In this document: piece by piece, positions 49,858 to 60,600 of the stretch
How positions within the stretch are numbered: the stretch's first letter is position 1
How the letters are laid out: the number at the start of each line of letters is the position of its first letter
From: an uncultured Collinsella sp.
GTDB lineage: Bacteria > Actinomycetota > Coriobacteriia > Coriobacteriales > Coriobacteriaceae
Assembly: GCA_902493535.1 (NCBI GenBank)
Contig: CABUQG010000007.1
Location: forward strand, 887-64,886
Direction: 5' to 3'
DNA length: 64,000 nt
Translations under genes and position numbers: made by a program
Notes under the pieces: generated by a model
Seen by the model: only the letters and a program-made list of their open reading frames with translations
The model's database searches: none
What the model was told of the DNA's origin: nothing

Positions 49858-51045
49858 ATGTCGAGCCTCACCGGTAAGTCATTGAACCCTGTTATGAATC
49901 GCAGGAGCGTTATCGCGAGCGCAGCAGGTCTGGGGGCGATGTCCATTCTAGCTGGCTGCTCCTCCAACGGCGGCGACAGCGGTTCCGCTTCGGGCGACGC
50001 TTCGTTTAAGATCGGCACCATCGGCCCGCTGACCGGCGCCAACGCGTCCTACGGTAAGTCCGTTACCCAGGGTGTCGAGCTTGGCTGCAAGGATTTTTCG
50101 ACCAAGGAGCTGCCGCTTGCCAGCAAGGCCGAGGATGACCAGGCCGATGGCGAGAAGGCCGTCAACGCCTTCAACACCCTGCTCGACTGGGGCATGCAGG
50201 CCCTCGTCGGCCCGACCACCACGGGTGCGTCGGTTGCCGTTGCCGCAGAGTGCGGTAACGACCCCAAGACGTTCATGATCACCCCGTCCGCGTCCTCCGA
50301 GGACGTCACCGACGGCAAGGATTGCGTCTTCCAGGTTTGCTTCACCGACCCCAACCAGGGTGTCAACGCTGCCAAGTTCCTGGCGCAGAAGTATGCGGAC
50401 GAGAAGTTCGTGCTGTTCTATAACTCCGGCGACGCCTATTCTTCGGGCATCGCAGATTCCTTTAAGGCTCAGGCCGCTGAGTCCAAGCTCGAGATTGTTG
50501 ACGAGGAGACCTTTAAGGACGACTCCGCCACAAGCTTTACCAACCAGCTGACCAAGGCAAAGCAGGCCGGCGCCACCATGATCTTTGCGCCGATCTACTA
50601 CACGCCGGCGTCCGTCCTGCTCAAGAACGCCAAGGACATGGGCTACGACGTCAAGATGATGGGCTGCGACGGCATGGACGGCATCCTGGGCGTTGAGGGC
50701 TTCGACACCTCTCTTGCCGAGGGTCTGCTGCTCATGACCCCGTTCTCCGCCGACGACGAGAAGAACGCCGACTTCGTCAACGCCTACAAGGATAAGTACG
50801 GCGATACCCCCGACCAGTTTGCCGCCGACGCCTACGACGGCGTGCACGCGGTGGCCGAGGCCCTCAAGGAGGCCGGTCTTGGTGTCGACGCCGACCCGAC
50901 CGAGGCCGCCGAGAAGCTGTCCAAGGCTATGCTCAAGATTACCGTTGACGGTCTGACCGGCAAGCTCACCTGGAACGATAAGGGCCAGGTCCAGAAGGAA
51001 CCCACGGCGTACGTCATCACCGACGGCAAGTACGTACAGGCCTAA
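49858..51045 (+). CDS. livK: Branched-chain amino acid ABC binding lipoprotein
   Basis: RR signal and LAGC lipobox; KIGTIGPLTG, FQVCFTD and FAADAYD motifs. Confidence 0.9.
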   Translation: MSSLTGKSLNPVMNRRSVIASAAGLGAMSILAGCSSNGGDSGSASGDASFKIGTIGPLTGANASYGKSVTQGVELGCKDFSTKELPLASKAEDDQADGEKAVNAFNTLLDWGMQALVGPTTTGASVAVAAECGNDPKTFMITPSASSEDVTDGKDCVFQVCFTDPNQGVNAAKFLAQKYADEKFVLFYNSGDAYSSGIADSFKAQAAESKLEIVDEETFKDDSATSFTNQLTKAKQAGATMIFAPIYYTPASVLLKNAKDMGYDVKMMGCDGMDGILGVEGFDTSLAEGLLLMTPFSADDEKNADFVNAYKDKYGDTPDQFAADAYDGVHAVAEALKEAGLGVDADPTEAAEKLSKAMLKITVDGLTGKLTWNDKGQVQKEPTAYVITDGKYVQA

Positions 51046-51184
51046 TTGGCCGCCTTACATAGAGCGGTTTTGATCCCAAGCAGGGGAGGTTTTGGCCTTC
51101 CCTGCTTGCTTGGTATCTAGGGACAGCGTAACGTCCCTGTTTCATACATCAACTGGAAACCTATTCGAAAGGGGGATGTGGAAC

Positions 51185-52066
51185 ATGACGGTCTTTATCC
51201 AATACCTGGTCAACGGCCTGTCCATGGGCAGCGTCTACGCCATCATCGCGTTGGGCTACACCATGGTCTACGGTATCGCCAAGATGCTGAACTTCGCTCA
51301 CGGCGACGTCATCATGGTCGGTGCCTATGTCTCGTTCTGTGCCACGTCGTATCTCGGCCTCCCGGGCTGGGCATCTGTAATTCTTTCTTGTGTGGTCTGT
51401 ACCGTTCTCGGCGTTCTCATCGAGGGTCTGGCCTATAAGCCGCTGCGCCAAGCAGGCCCGCTGGCCGTTCTGATCACGGCTATCGGCGTGTCTTACTTCC
51501 TGCAGAACGCCGCGCAGCTTCTGTGGGGCGCCACGCCCAAGAACTTCACTTCGCTCGTCACCTTCCAGGTGCCGGAGTTCTTGGCCAAGTTCAACGTAAG
51601 CGCCGTCTCGCTCGTCACCATCGTCGCCTGCCTGGTTATCATGGCCGGACTGATGTTCTTTACAGGTAAGACCAAGATGGGCAAGGCCATGCGCGCCGTG
51701 TCCGAGGACAAGGCCGCCGCTCAGCTCATGGGCATCAACGTCAACCGCACCATCTCGATGACGTTCGCCATCGGCTCCGCCCTTGCCGCCATCGCCGGTG
51801 TGCTCCTGTGCTCCTACTCGCCGGTGTTGCAGCCCACGACGGGTGCCATGCCTGGCATCAAGGCCTTCGACGCCGCCGTCTTCGGCGGCATCGGCTCCAT
51901 CCCCGGTGCCTTTGTCGGTGGCATTCTCATCGGCATCATCGAGGCGATGGCGCAGGCTTACATTTCCACGAGCCTTGCCAACTCCATCGTCTTTGGTGTT
52001 TTGATCATCGTCCTGCTCGTCAAGCCTGCCGGCCTCTTGGGCAAGTACGTCCCCGAGAAGGTGTAG
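51185..52066 (+). CDS. livH: Branched-chain amino acid ABC permease
   Basis: GSVYAIIALGYTMVYGIAKMLNFAHG and GKAMRAVSED motifs. Confidence 0.93.
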   Translation: MTVFIQYLVNGLSMGSVYAIIALGYTMVYGIAKMLNFAHGDVIMVGAYVSFCATSYLGLPGWASVILSCVVCTVLGVLIEGLAYKPLRQAGPLAVLITAIGVSYFLQNAAQLLWGATPKNFTSLVTFQVPEFLAKFNVSAVSLVTIVACLVIMAGLMFFTGKTKMGKAMRAVSEDKAAAQLMGINVNRTISMTFAIGSALAAIAGVLLCSYSPVLQPTTGAMPGIKAFDAAVFGGIGSIPGAFVGGILIGIIEAMAQAYISTSLANSIVFGVLIIVLLVKPAGLLGKYVPEKV

Positions 52067-53155
52067 GTGAGCGTTATGAAGTTCCTTAAAGACAAACAGA
52101 CGCGTCACGACTTTGTCACGTACGCCATGTGCGTTGTGGCCTTCGCCATCGTGTTCTTTATGCAGTCTAACCACATGATTCCGCGCATGATCGCCGGTCA
52201 GCTGGTTCCCATCACGGCCTATATCGTCATGGCCATCTCCCTTAACCTCGTCGTCGGCATCGCGGGCGACTTGTCGCTGGGCCATGCGGGCTTTATGAGT
52301 GTCGGCGCCTATACGGGCATCGTCACCGCCGTCGCGCTGGAGAGCGCCGTTCCGTCCGATTCGGTGCGCCTTGTCATCAGCATCGTGGTCGGCGCTATCG
52401 CCGCTGCCATCTTGGGCTTCTTGATCGGTATCCCGGTCCTGCGCCTGAGCGGCGATTACCTGGCTATCGTGACGCTGGCCTTTGGCGAGATCATCAAAGA
52501 GGTTGTCACCTGCCTTATCGTGGGCGTCGATTCCCGCGGCCTGCATGTGATCTTTAACATCACGGGCAACTCCACGATCGACGACCTGCATCTGCTCGAG
52601 GACGGCACTGCCATCATCAAGGGCGCCCAGGGCGCCTCGGGCGTGTCGACATACTCGACCTTCCTCGCCGGTGCCATCCTGGTCATGGTCGCACTCGTGA
52701 TCGTGCTCAACCTGGTTCGCAGCCGTACCGGCCGTGCCATTATGGCCGTGCGCGATAACAAGATTGCAGCCGAGTCCGTAGGCATCTCCGTCACCGAGTA
52801 CCGCATGATCGCCTTCGTGGTTTCCGCTGCCCTCGCCGGTGCTGCCGGAGCTCTCTTCGGCGGTAACTTCTCGCAGCTCTCCGCCACCAAGTTCGACTTC
52901 AACACGTCCATCCTCATCCTGGTGTTCGTGGTCCTGGGCGGTCTGGGCAATATGCGCGGCTCCGTCATCGCGGCGGCGCTGCTTACGGTGCTTCCCGAGC
53001 TGCTCCGTCAGTTCTCGGACTACCGCATGCTCATCTACGCCATCGTGCTGATCCTGGTTATGATCTTTACCAACAACCCGCAGCTCAAGGCATTCTTCGG
53101 TCGCGTTAAGGACCGCTTTGCTTCCAAGAAGGAGGTGGCAGCCGATGCCCAGTAA
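52067..53155 (+). CDS. livM: Branched-chain amino acid ABC permease
   Basis: LSLGHAGF, LRLSGDYLAIVTLAFGEII and GRAIMAVRDN motifs. Confidence 0.93.
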   Translation: MSVMKFLKDKQTRHDFVTYAMCVVAFAIVFFMQSNHMIPRMIAGQLVPITAYIVMAISLNLVVGIAGDLSLGHAGFMSVGAYTGIVTAVALESAVPSDSVRLVISIVVGAIAAAILGFLIGIPVLRLSGDYLAIVTLAFGEIIKEVVTCLIVGVDSRGLHVIFNITGNSTIDDLHLLEDGTAIIKGAQGASGVSTYSTFLAGAILVMVALVIVLNLVRSRTGRAIMAVRDNKIAAESVGISVTEYRMIAFVVSAALAGAAGALFGGNFSQLSATKFDFNTSILILVFVVLGGLGNMRGSVIAAALLTVLPELLRQFSDYRMLIYAIVLILVMIFTNNPQLKAFFGRVKDRFASKKEVAADAQ

Positions 53156-54005
53156 GTTTGAGTTCAACAAGGGCAAGATGGTCCCGTATCCTTCTGGCGC
53201 CATCGTTCCCGACCGCGACCTGGGTCAGCGCCCAGCGCTCGAGTGCATCCACCTGGGCATTGAATTCGGCGGACTTAAGGCGGTCGACGACTTTAGCCTG
53301 ACCATCGGTAAGACCGAGATCGCCGGTCTCATCGGCCCCAACGGCGCCGGTAAGACCACGGTCTTCAACCTGCTCACCAAGGTATACCAGCCCACGCACG
53401 GCACCATCCTGCTCGACGGTGAGGACACCTCGGGCAAGTCCGTCTACCAGGTCAACCGCATGGGTATTGCCCGTACCTTCCAGAACATCCGCCTGTTCAA
53501 CACCATGACGGTGGAGGACAACGTTAAGGTCGGTCTGCATAACCAGGAGCGCTACTCCGGTTTTGAGGGCGTGCTGCGCCTGCCGACGTATTGGAAGCAC
53601 GAGAAGGCCGCCCACGAGCGCGCCATGGAGCTGCTGTCCATCTTTGATATGGAGCATCTGGCAAACGAGCAGGCCGGATCGCTGCCTTACGGCGCCCAGC
53701 GTCGTCTGGAGATCGTCCGCGCGCTTGCCACCAACCCCAAACTGCTGTTGCTCGACGAGCCTGCCGCCGGCATGAACCCGTCCGAGACCGCGGAGCTCAT
53801 GGAGAACATCGTTAAGATTCGCGACACCTTCGGCATTGCCATCATGCTTATCGAGCATGATATGTCGCTCGTTATGAACATCTGCGAGGGCATTTGCGTG
53901 CTCAACTTTGGTAAGGTCATCGCCAAGGGCACGGCCGAGGAAATCCAGAACAACGACGCTGTTATCGAGGCGTATCTGGGTAAGCAGGATAAGGGGGAGA
54001 ACTAA
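53145..54005 (+). CDS. livG: Branched-chain amino acid ABC ATPase
   Basis: GPNGAGKTT, RTFQNIRLF, LPYGAQRRLEI and DEPAAG motifs. Confidence 0.93.
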   Translation: MPSKFEFNKGKMVPYPSGAIVPDRDLGQRPALECIHLGIEFGGLKAVDDFSLTIGKTEIAGLIGPNGAGKTTVFNLLTKVYQPTHGTILLDGEDTSGKSVYQVNRMGIARTFQNIRLFNTMTVEDNVKVGLHNQERYSGFEGVLRLPTYWKHEKAAHERAMELLSIFDMEHLANEQAGSLPYGAQRRLEIVRALATNPKLLLLDEPAAGMNPSETAELMENIVKIRDTFGIAIMLIEHDMSLVMNICEGICVLNFGKVIAKGTAEEIQNNDAVIEAYLGKQDKGEN

Positions 54006-54719
54006 ATGGCAGAGCCGATGCTTTCCGTCTACAACATCAACGTCTGGTACGGCGCCATCCACGCCATCAAGGACATCTCCTTTAACGTTAACGAGGGCGA
54101 GATCGTGGCCTTGATTGGTGCCAACGGTGCCGGCAAGTCCACAACGCTCAAGACCGTCTCGGGCCTGCTGCGCTCCAAGACCGGCTCCATCAAGTTTATG
54201 GGCGAGGACATTACCCATACGCCCGCTGATAAGCTGGTTGGTAAGGGCCTGGCTCAGGTTCCCGAGGGTCGTCGCGCCTTTTTGCAGATGACGGTCGAGG
54301 AGAACCTGGAGATGGGCGCCTATACACAGCTCAAGTCCACAATTGCTCCGGGCCTGGAGCGCGTCTACGAGCAGTTCCCGCGCCTGAAGGAACGTCGTCG
54401 CCAGGTCGCCGGCACCCTTTCAGGTGGCGAGCAGCAGATGCTCGTTATGGGGCGCGCCCTTATGAGTAACCCCAAACTGCTTATGCTCGACGAACCTTCC
54501 ATGGGTCTGGCACCGATTCTGATCGAACAGATCTTCCAGATTGTCGAGGACCTGCACAAGGCCGGCACCACGGTGCTTCTGGTCGAGCAAAACGCGCAGA
54601 TGGCGCTTTCCATCGCCACACGCGGTTACGTGCTCGAGACCGGCAAGATCACCATGACCGGCACCGGCCAAGAGCTCCTGCATGACGACAACGTCCGCAA
54701 AGCCTACCTCGGAGGCTAA
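54006..54719 (+). CDS. livF: Branched-chain amino acid ABC ATPase
   Basis: GANGAGKST, LSGGEQQM, DEPSMGLAP and KAYLGG motifs. Confidence 0.94.
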   Translation: MAEPMLSVYNINVWYGAIHAIKDISFNVNEGEIVALIGANGAGKSTTLKTVSGLLRSKTGSIKFMGEDITHTPADKLVGKGLAQVPEGRRAFLQMTVEENLEMGAYTQLKSTIAPGLERVYEQFPRLKERRRQVAGTLSGGEQQMLVMGRALMSNPKLLMLDEPSMGLAPILIEQIFQIVEDLHKAGTTVLLVEQNAQMALSIATRGYVLETGKITMTGTGQELLHDDNVRKAYLGG

Positions 54720-54729
54720 CCCACCTAAC

Positions 54730-54767
54730 AAAAGGGGCGCTGACTATCTCAGTCAGCGCCCCTTTTT
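54730..54767 (+). terminator. liv operon terminator
   Basis: aaaaggggcgctgact/agtcagcgcccctttt. Confidence 0.85.
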
Positions 54768-54894
54768 AAGTTGCGGTGAAATAGGGACTGAATACGGGCT
54801 CCAGAGGCCAAAAGAGTCCCTATTCCACCGCAACTTCATGGGGATGTGTGACAATGCCCGTCGGAAAACATCTGCTGTCTTTGGGGGTCTATCT

Positions 54895-55572
54895 ATGCTG
54901 TACGAGTTTTGTGCCGAGAACTTTGAGCGGGTGCCGGCGGCTATCGATGCCGGTGCAAGGCGTATCGAGCTGTGCGACAACCTTGCCGTTGGTGGCACCA
55001 CGCCTTCGGCCGGCGTTATCAGCGCTACGACCAACTATGCACACGAGCACGATGCGCGGGTGATGTGCATGATTCGCCCGCGTGGCGGCGACTTTCACTA
55101 CAACCAGGACGAGTTGCGTATGATGGAGATGGACCTGGGCCTTGCCGTGAGCGCCGGCGTTGACGGCTTGGTCTTTGGCTGCTGCAAGCCCTGCGCTGGC
55201 GGATGGGCACTCGACGAGCTTACGTTGGGCGCTCTCGTGATGGCCGCGGGCTGCGCGACCGAGGAATGCAAGCGTGAGCCCATCGACATCACCTTCCACA
55301 TGGCGTTTGATCAGCTCTCGCCCGAGGCTCAGCTCGACGCGATTGACATACTCGCCGACTGCGGCATCACACGCATCCTGACGCATGGTGGCGCTGCCGG
55401 TACGCCGATCGAGGACAACTTCGAAAACCTGGCCCGCTTGATCGAGTATGCGGGCGACAGCTTGACCATCCTTCCCGGCGGCGGCATTTCCACGGCCAAC
55501 CGCGATACCGTGGCGGCGGCACTGGGCGTCTCCGAGCTCCATGGCACAAGGATCGTACCGCTGGAGGTGTAG
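54895..55572 (+). CDS. cutC: Copper homeostasis protein CutC family
   Basis: RIELCDNLAVGGTTPS, MIRPRGGDF, TFHMAFD and RILTHG motifs. Confidence 0.92.
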   Translation: MLYEFCAENFERVPAAIDAGARRIELCDNLAVGGTTPSAGVISATTNYAHEHDARVMCMIRPRGGDFHYNQDELRMMEMDLGLAVSAGVDGLVFGCCKPCAGGWALDELTLGALVMAAGCATEECKREPIDITFHMAFDQLSPEAQLDAIDILADCGITRILTHGGAAGTPIEDNFENLARLIEYAGDSLTILPGGGISTANRDTVAAALGVSELHGTRIVPLEV

Positions 55573-55575
55573 CCC

Positions 55576-56373
55576 GTGGCGCTTGTATTCGATGTTCAGC
55601 AGGCGAGCGGCAAGCCCGACGACAACCGTCGCCCCGGTACCGCGTGCCCCTTTTGCAACACGGAGGGGCTCACCAACATCATCCAGCACGACGGTGACTG
55701 CATCTGGCTCGAGAATAAGTTCAAAACCCTGCGCGCCACCCATCAAACCGTGCTGATCGAGTCGGCCGATCACGATGCCGACCTGGTGACCTATGAGCCG
55801 GATGAACTCCACCATGTGATGCGGTTTGCTCTGGGTTGCTGGCGGCGGATGATCGACTCGCAGCAGTATCGAAGCGTGCTCATGTACAAGAACAAGGGTC
55901 CGCTTTCGGGCGGCAGTCTGGTCCATCCGCACATGCAGATTGTGGGTTTGGAGCAGGAAGACGGCTATGCTTCGCTGGCTTCCGCCAATTTCGAAGGTAT
56001 CAATGTCTGGCAACAGGGGAGGATCTCGGCCAACATCTCAACCGAACCCATCATGGGGTTCTTTGAGATCAACGTTTCAGCCCCGCAGGGAATCGCCGCC
56101 AGCGATGACACGAGAGATCAAGCCGAGGCGGATCTCTTCGCCGATGCAATCCAGGTAGCTCTGCGCTATATCCTGAACGAGCACCACGGTGGTCGCGCAG
56201 AGTCGTATAACCTGTTCTTCTATCACCTGGGCGGTCGGACCATTGCCAAGGCGCTGCCGCGTTGGGTGGTTTCGCCCTACTTTGTCGGCTATCGTTTGGC
56301 CCAGGTCAATGCTGAGACAACGCTCGATATCGATGCTGAGCGCCTGCGTGCGCATCTGGAAACGATCGTATAG
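55576..56373 (+). CDS. GalT/HIT-like protein (DUF4931)
   Basis: CPFC, NKF and SGGSLVHPHMQ (HxHxQ) motifs. Confidence 0.8.
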   Translation: MALVFDVQQASGKPDDNRRPGTACPFCNTEGLTNIIQHDGDCIWLENKFKTLRATHQTVLIESADHDADLVTYEPDELHHVMRFALGCWRRMIDSQQYRSVLMYKNKGPLSGGSLVHPHMQIVGLEQEDGYASLASANFEGINVWQQGRISANISTEPIMGFFEINVSAPQGIAASDDTRDQAEADLFADAIQVALRYILNEHHGGRAESYNLFFYHLGGRTIAKALPRWVVSPYFVGYRLAQVNAETTLDIDAERLRAHLETIV

Positions 56374-56403
56374 CAAGACTAACACCCGCGTAATGCGGAC
56401 AGT

Positions 56404-57402
56404 CTAGCGTGCCATGGCGTCGCGGCCGGCTTCGACGCGCTTGCGCTGGGCGGCGCGCTCCTCGCCGGTCAGACGCTCAAAGAGATGCCCGATAAGCGAG
56501 GCGAGTACCTGCTGAAACAGCGTTCCGCACATGACGGGAAACACGACTTCGCCCGGAAAGTACTGCGTGGCGATGACGGCGCCCGAAGAGATGTTACGCA
56601 TGCCGCAGGTAAAGCACATGGTGGTCGTCTCGCTATATGGCAGATGCAGCGTATGGGCGACCAGAAAACCGACGACAAAGCCACTGATGGCGAAGACCAA
56701 AATAAAGAGGGCGACTTCCAAGCGCACCGCGTTCATGTGCAGCACGTACTCGCTCATGGCGGTGGAGTTGGAGGCGATAACGCCCATCATCATGAATTTG
56801 CAGGCGGGCGAGAGCACGGGGGAGAGCTTCTCGTGTCCCCATCCACGCGTGAGCTCGTTGATCACGATGCCGAGCACGGCGGGGATGGCGATCATAAAGG
56901 TCATGTCTTGCATCATGCTCGGCACATCGATCGAGACGGTGGCACCCAGCAAGAGCTTAAGCGTGAGCGGAATCGTCACAGGGGAGATAACCGAGGACGT
57001 CAGGATGATGGTGAGCGCGAGCGGGCCGTTGCCGCCGAACATGCTGATCCACATAAAAGCGGTGACGGCCACGGGCACGCTGTACTCGAGCACGATGCCG
57101 CAGACAAGGTTGGGGTTGGAGCCAAAGAAGAGTGACCCTATGGCATACGCCGCGATGGGAATAAGCACTGCCGAGACCAGCAGCGCCAGAATCAGGTGCA
57201 GCGGACGGTGGAACACCTCGGCTACCTGGTGAAAAGTGTTGCTGAGCGCGCCCTGAAACGTCATAAAGGCGAAGAGGGCGGGAACAATGGGCTTGAGCAC
57301 GCCGATCTGCTGGGGAAAGAGCACGCCGAGCGCCACGCAAATCGGAACGATGATCTGCATATGCCCCGCGAGGAACTTTCCCAGTCCAGCCCATTGCTTC
57401 AT
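56404..57402 (-). CDS. Bile acid:sodium symporter family transporter
   Basis: Multi-TM; PVAVTAFMW...GGNGPLAL and GMRNISSG motifs. Confidence 0.82.
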   Translation of the reverse strand: MKQWAGLGKFLAGHMQIIVPICVALGVLFPQQIGVLKPIVPALFAFMTFQGALSNTFHQVAEVFHRPLHLILALLVSAVLIPIAAYAIGSLFFGSNPNLVCGIVLEYSVPVAVTAFMWISMFGGNGPLALTIILTSSVISPVTIPLTLKLLLGATVSIDVPSMMQDMTFMIAIPAVLGIVINELTRGWGHEKLSPVLSPACKFMMMGVIASNSTAMSEYVLHMNAVRLEVALFILVFAISGFVVGFLVAHTLHLPYSETTTMCFTCGMRNISSGAVIATQYFPGEVVFPVMCGTLFQQVLASLIGHLFERLTGEERAAQRKRVEAGRDAMAR

Positions 57403-57676
57403 ATGTCCCGTGACTCCCTTTATCCGCGAACTCGTTTGTATGGATATGCTAGACGCTCGTATGCGTCCGTACGGCTGAAACGCTCGATTATTTCGAGGCC
57501 ATTACCGCCATCGTTTGCCGAAACCGCGGCGCACCGCGGCGTTTTGCGTCCGCGCTGCACGGTATAATAAATCCGTTCAACAGATCTGCCTGCCGAAGCG
57601 GGCACACACAGAGGACTCATCGCTATGAACCGTGAGAGGTATCGCGGCGACCTGCCCCTATCAGGGGTGGGTGCCT

Positions 57677-60600
57677 ATGTCATCGCTTAAGACGACGCAT
57701 CGCTGGGCGGTCGCTCGGCAAAACCCCGAGCTCGAAAAGGAACTTTCGGCTGGTCTGGGCATTCCGGGGCTGGTGGCGCGCATTATGGTCGCGCACGGCA
57801 TTGACTCCATCAAAGAGGGCCAATTGTTTTTGACGCCTTCGCTTGATCGCGACTGGGCCGACCCACTCATTATCCCGGGCATGTCGGTCGTTGCCGACCG
57901 CGTCGAGCGTGCTATTCGCAACCACGAGCACATTGCAGTCTTTGGCGATTTTGACGTTGACGGTATTACGTCGACCTGCCTGTTGACCGAGGCGCTGCGC
58001 ACGTTTGGCGCCGATGTCACGCCGTTTATTCCGCATCGCTTTGATGAGGGCTACGGTCTTTCGCGCGCGGCACTCGATCGCATTAACGAGCTCGCTCGCC
58101 CCCAGCTGATCGTGACCGTCGATAACGGCATTGCCGCCAAGGAAGAGGTTTCCTATTTGGAGGACCTGGGGATCGATTTGGTGGTCACGGACCATCACGA
58201 GCCCTCCGACCAGGTGCCGCAGGGTGTGCCCCTGACCGACCCCAAGCTCGAGGACGAGGGCCCCTCGCGCGAGCTTGCCGGTGCTGGTGTGGCGCTCAAG
58301 CTGGTGCAAGTCCTGGGTGAGCGCCTGGGCAAGCCGTCGTATTGGCGTTCGCTAATCGAGGTCGCGGCGCTGGGCACCGTGTCCGACATGATGCCGCTCA
58401 CGCCCGAGAACCGCGCGCTGGTTGCCGAGGGCATCCAGCAGATGCGCGTAACCGCTCGCCCCGGCTATATCGCGCTTGCCGCGCTTGCCAAGGCGGACCT
58501 TTCGAGCATTACGGCGGATGGCCTGTCATTCTCGCTCATTCCCCGCTTAAACGCTGCCGGCCGCATGGCCGATCCCAAGCTGGCGCTCGACCTGCTGCTT
58601 GCCCGCAATCCCATCGAAGCAAGCGCGCTGGCGGCTGAGCTCGAGGAAATCAACCGCCAGCGCCGTGAGATCGAGGCGGAGCTCACGCGCGATGCCATGG
58701 CAAAGGTCGAGGAGACCTATGACGGCGGGCGCGCGATCGTTGTGGGCGGCGAAGGCTGGCACGAGGGCGTCAAGGGCATCGTGGCAAGCCGTCTGACCAA
58801 CCGCTATCACGTGCCGGCGCTGCTGTTCTCGATCGAGGACGGTATCGCGCGCGGCTCTGGTCGCTCGGTGGGCAAAGTTAACCTGTTTGACGCCGTCGAG
58901 CGCTGTTCCGACCTGCTGATTCGTCGCGGCGGACATGCCGGTGCGGTGGGTGTGACCATCGAGGCATCCAAGCTCGATGAATTCCGTCGTCGCCTTTCCG
59001 CCGTGCTATCGGAGATTCCCGCTGAGGACTTTGAAGACATCGACGAGGTTGCCGCCACGGTCGACCTTTCCGAGCTGAATATCGAGACTATAGAGCAGAT
59101 TTCCCGTCTTGAGCCGTTTGGCCAGGGCAACAAGGTGCCGCTGCTGGCCGCCGAGGGCGTGACGATGTGCGATCGCGCCGTGGTGGGCAAAACCGGCGAG
59201 CACATGCGCTTTGTGGCGACCGATGGAGCCGCGAGCGTGCCGGCCATCATGTTCCGCGTGCCGCAAATCGATAAGCTCATCAACTGCGATAGCGCTGTCG
59301 ACTTGGTGTTCGAGGCCGTTGCCGAGCATTGGCAGGGGCGTGTGAAGCCCAAGCTCATGATCAAGGATGTTCTGGTCCGCGATACCACGCTGCCCAGCGT
59401 CGACGATCCGGCATGCGAGCTTCGTCGTGGCGTGCAGCCGGCGGATTCCGGCCTGCGCCTGGAGTCGCGTAAGCGCGAGACACTCGCCCAGCTTTCTTAT
59501 ACCGAGCTGACGCGCTCGCTTATCCATAGCTTTATAGGCTCGAACCAGCCGCACCGCGCGCAGGTCGAGGCGCTCGATGCCCTGGCCGATCACCAAAGTG
59601 TTCTGGCCGTTATGGGAACGGGGCGCGGCAAGTCGCTCATCTTCCATGTGCATGCCGCGCGCGAGGCGGTTCTTCGCGGGCGTGCGAGCATCTTTGTCTA
59701 TCCGCTGCGCGCGCTCGTTGCCGACCAGGCCTATCACCTCTCGTCGACGATGGCCGCGCTCGGCATTGGCGTCGGCGTGTTGACCGGCGAGACCGTGGAG
59801 GCGGCGCGCGATGACGTGTTTGCCGGCTTGGCTTCGGGCCGTACCGGCATCGTGCTCACGACGCCCGAGTTCCTGTCCATTCACCGCGACCGCTTTGCGC
59901 GTTCGGGGCGCATCGGTTTTGTCGTTATCGATGAGGCGCACCACGCTGGCCTTGCCAAGGGCGGCGACCGCAGCGCCTATCTCGACATGCCCGATATCCT
60001 CAAAGCCCTGGGCGACCCGGTCGTTATGGCCGCGACGGCCACCGCGACGGCTCCGGTCGTGGCCGAGCTTGCCCGCACGCTTCCGATCACTCACACGGTG
60101 GTCGACGAGACGGTGCGCGAGAACCTGCAGCTCGAGGACGACCGAGATCTTGCGAGCCGCGAGAACCGTTTGGTGTCGATCGTGGCGACGGGGGAAAAGA
60201 CCGTCATCTACGTCAATTCGCGCGACCAGTCCGTGGCGCTCGCCAAGACACTACGCAAACGCGTTCCCGACTGTGCGACCCGTATCGCGTTCTATAACGC
60301 TGGCCTTACGCGCACCGACCGCCATCGCGTAGAGGAGGCGTTTCGAGACGGCAGCCTCAGCTGCATCGTCTCGACATCCGCCTTTGGCGAGGGCGTCAAC
60401 CTTCCCGATATTCGCCATGTCGTGCTCTATCACATGCCGTTTGGCGGCATTGAGTTTAACCAGATGAGCGGCCGCGCCGGTCGCGATGGCCAACCCGCCG
60501 TGATCCATCTACTCTATTCGTCGCGTGACGCCCGTATTAACGAGCGCCTGCTCGACTGCTATGCGCCCGAGCGCGACGAGCTCGTCACGCTCTATCGCGC

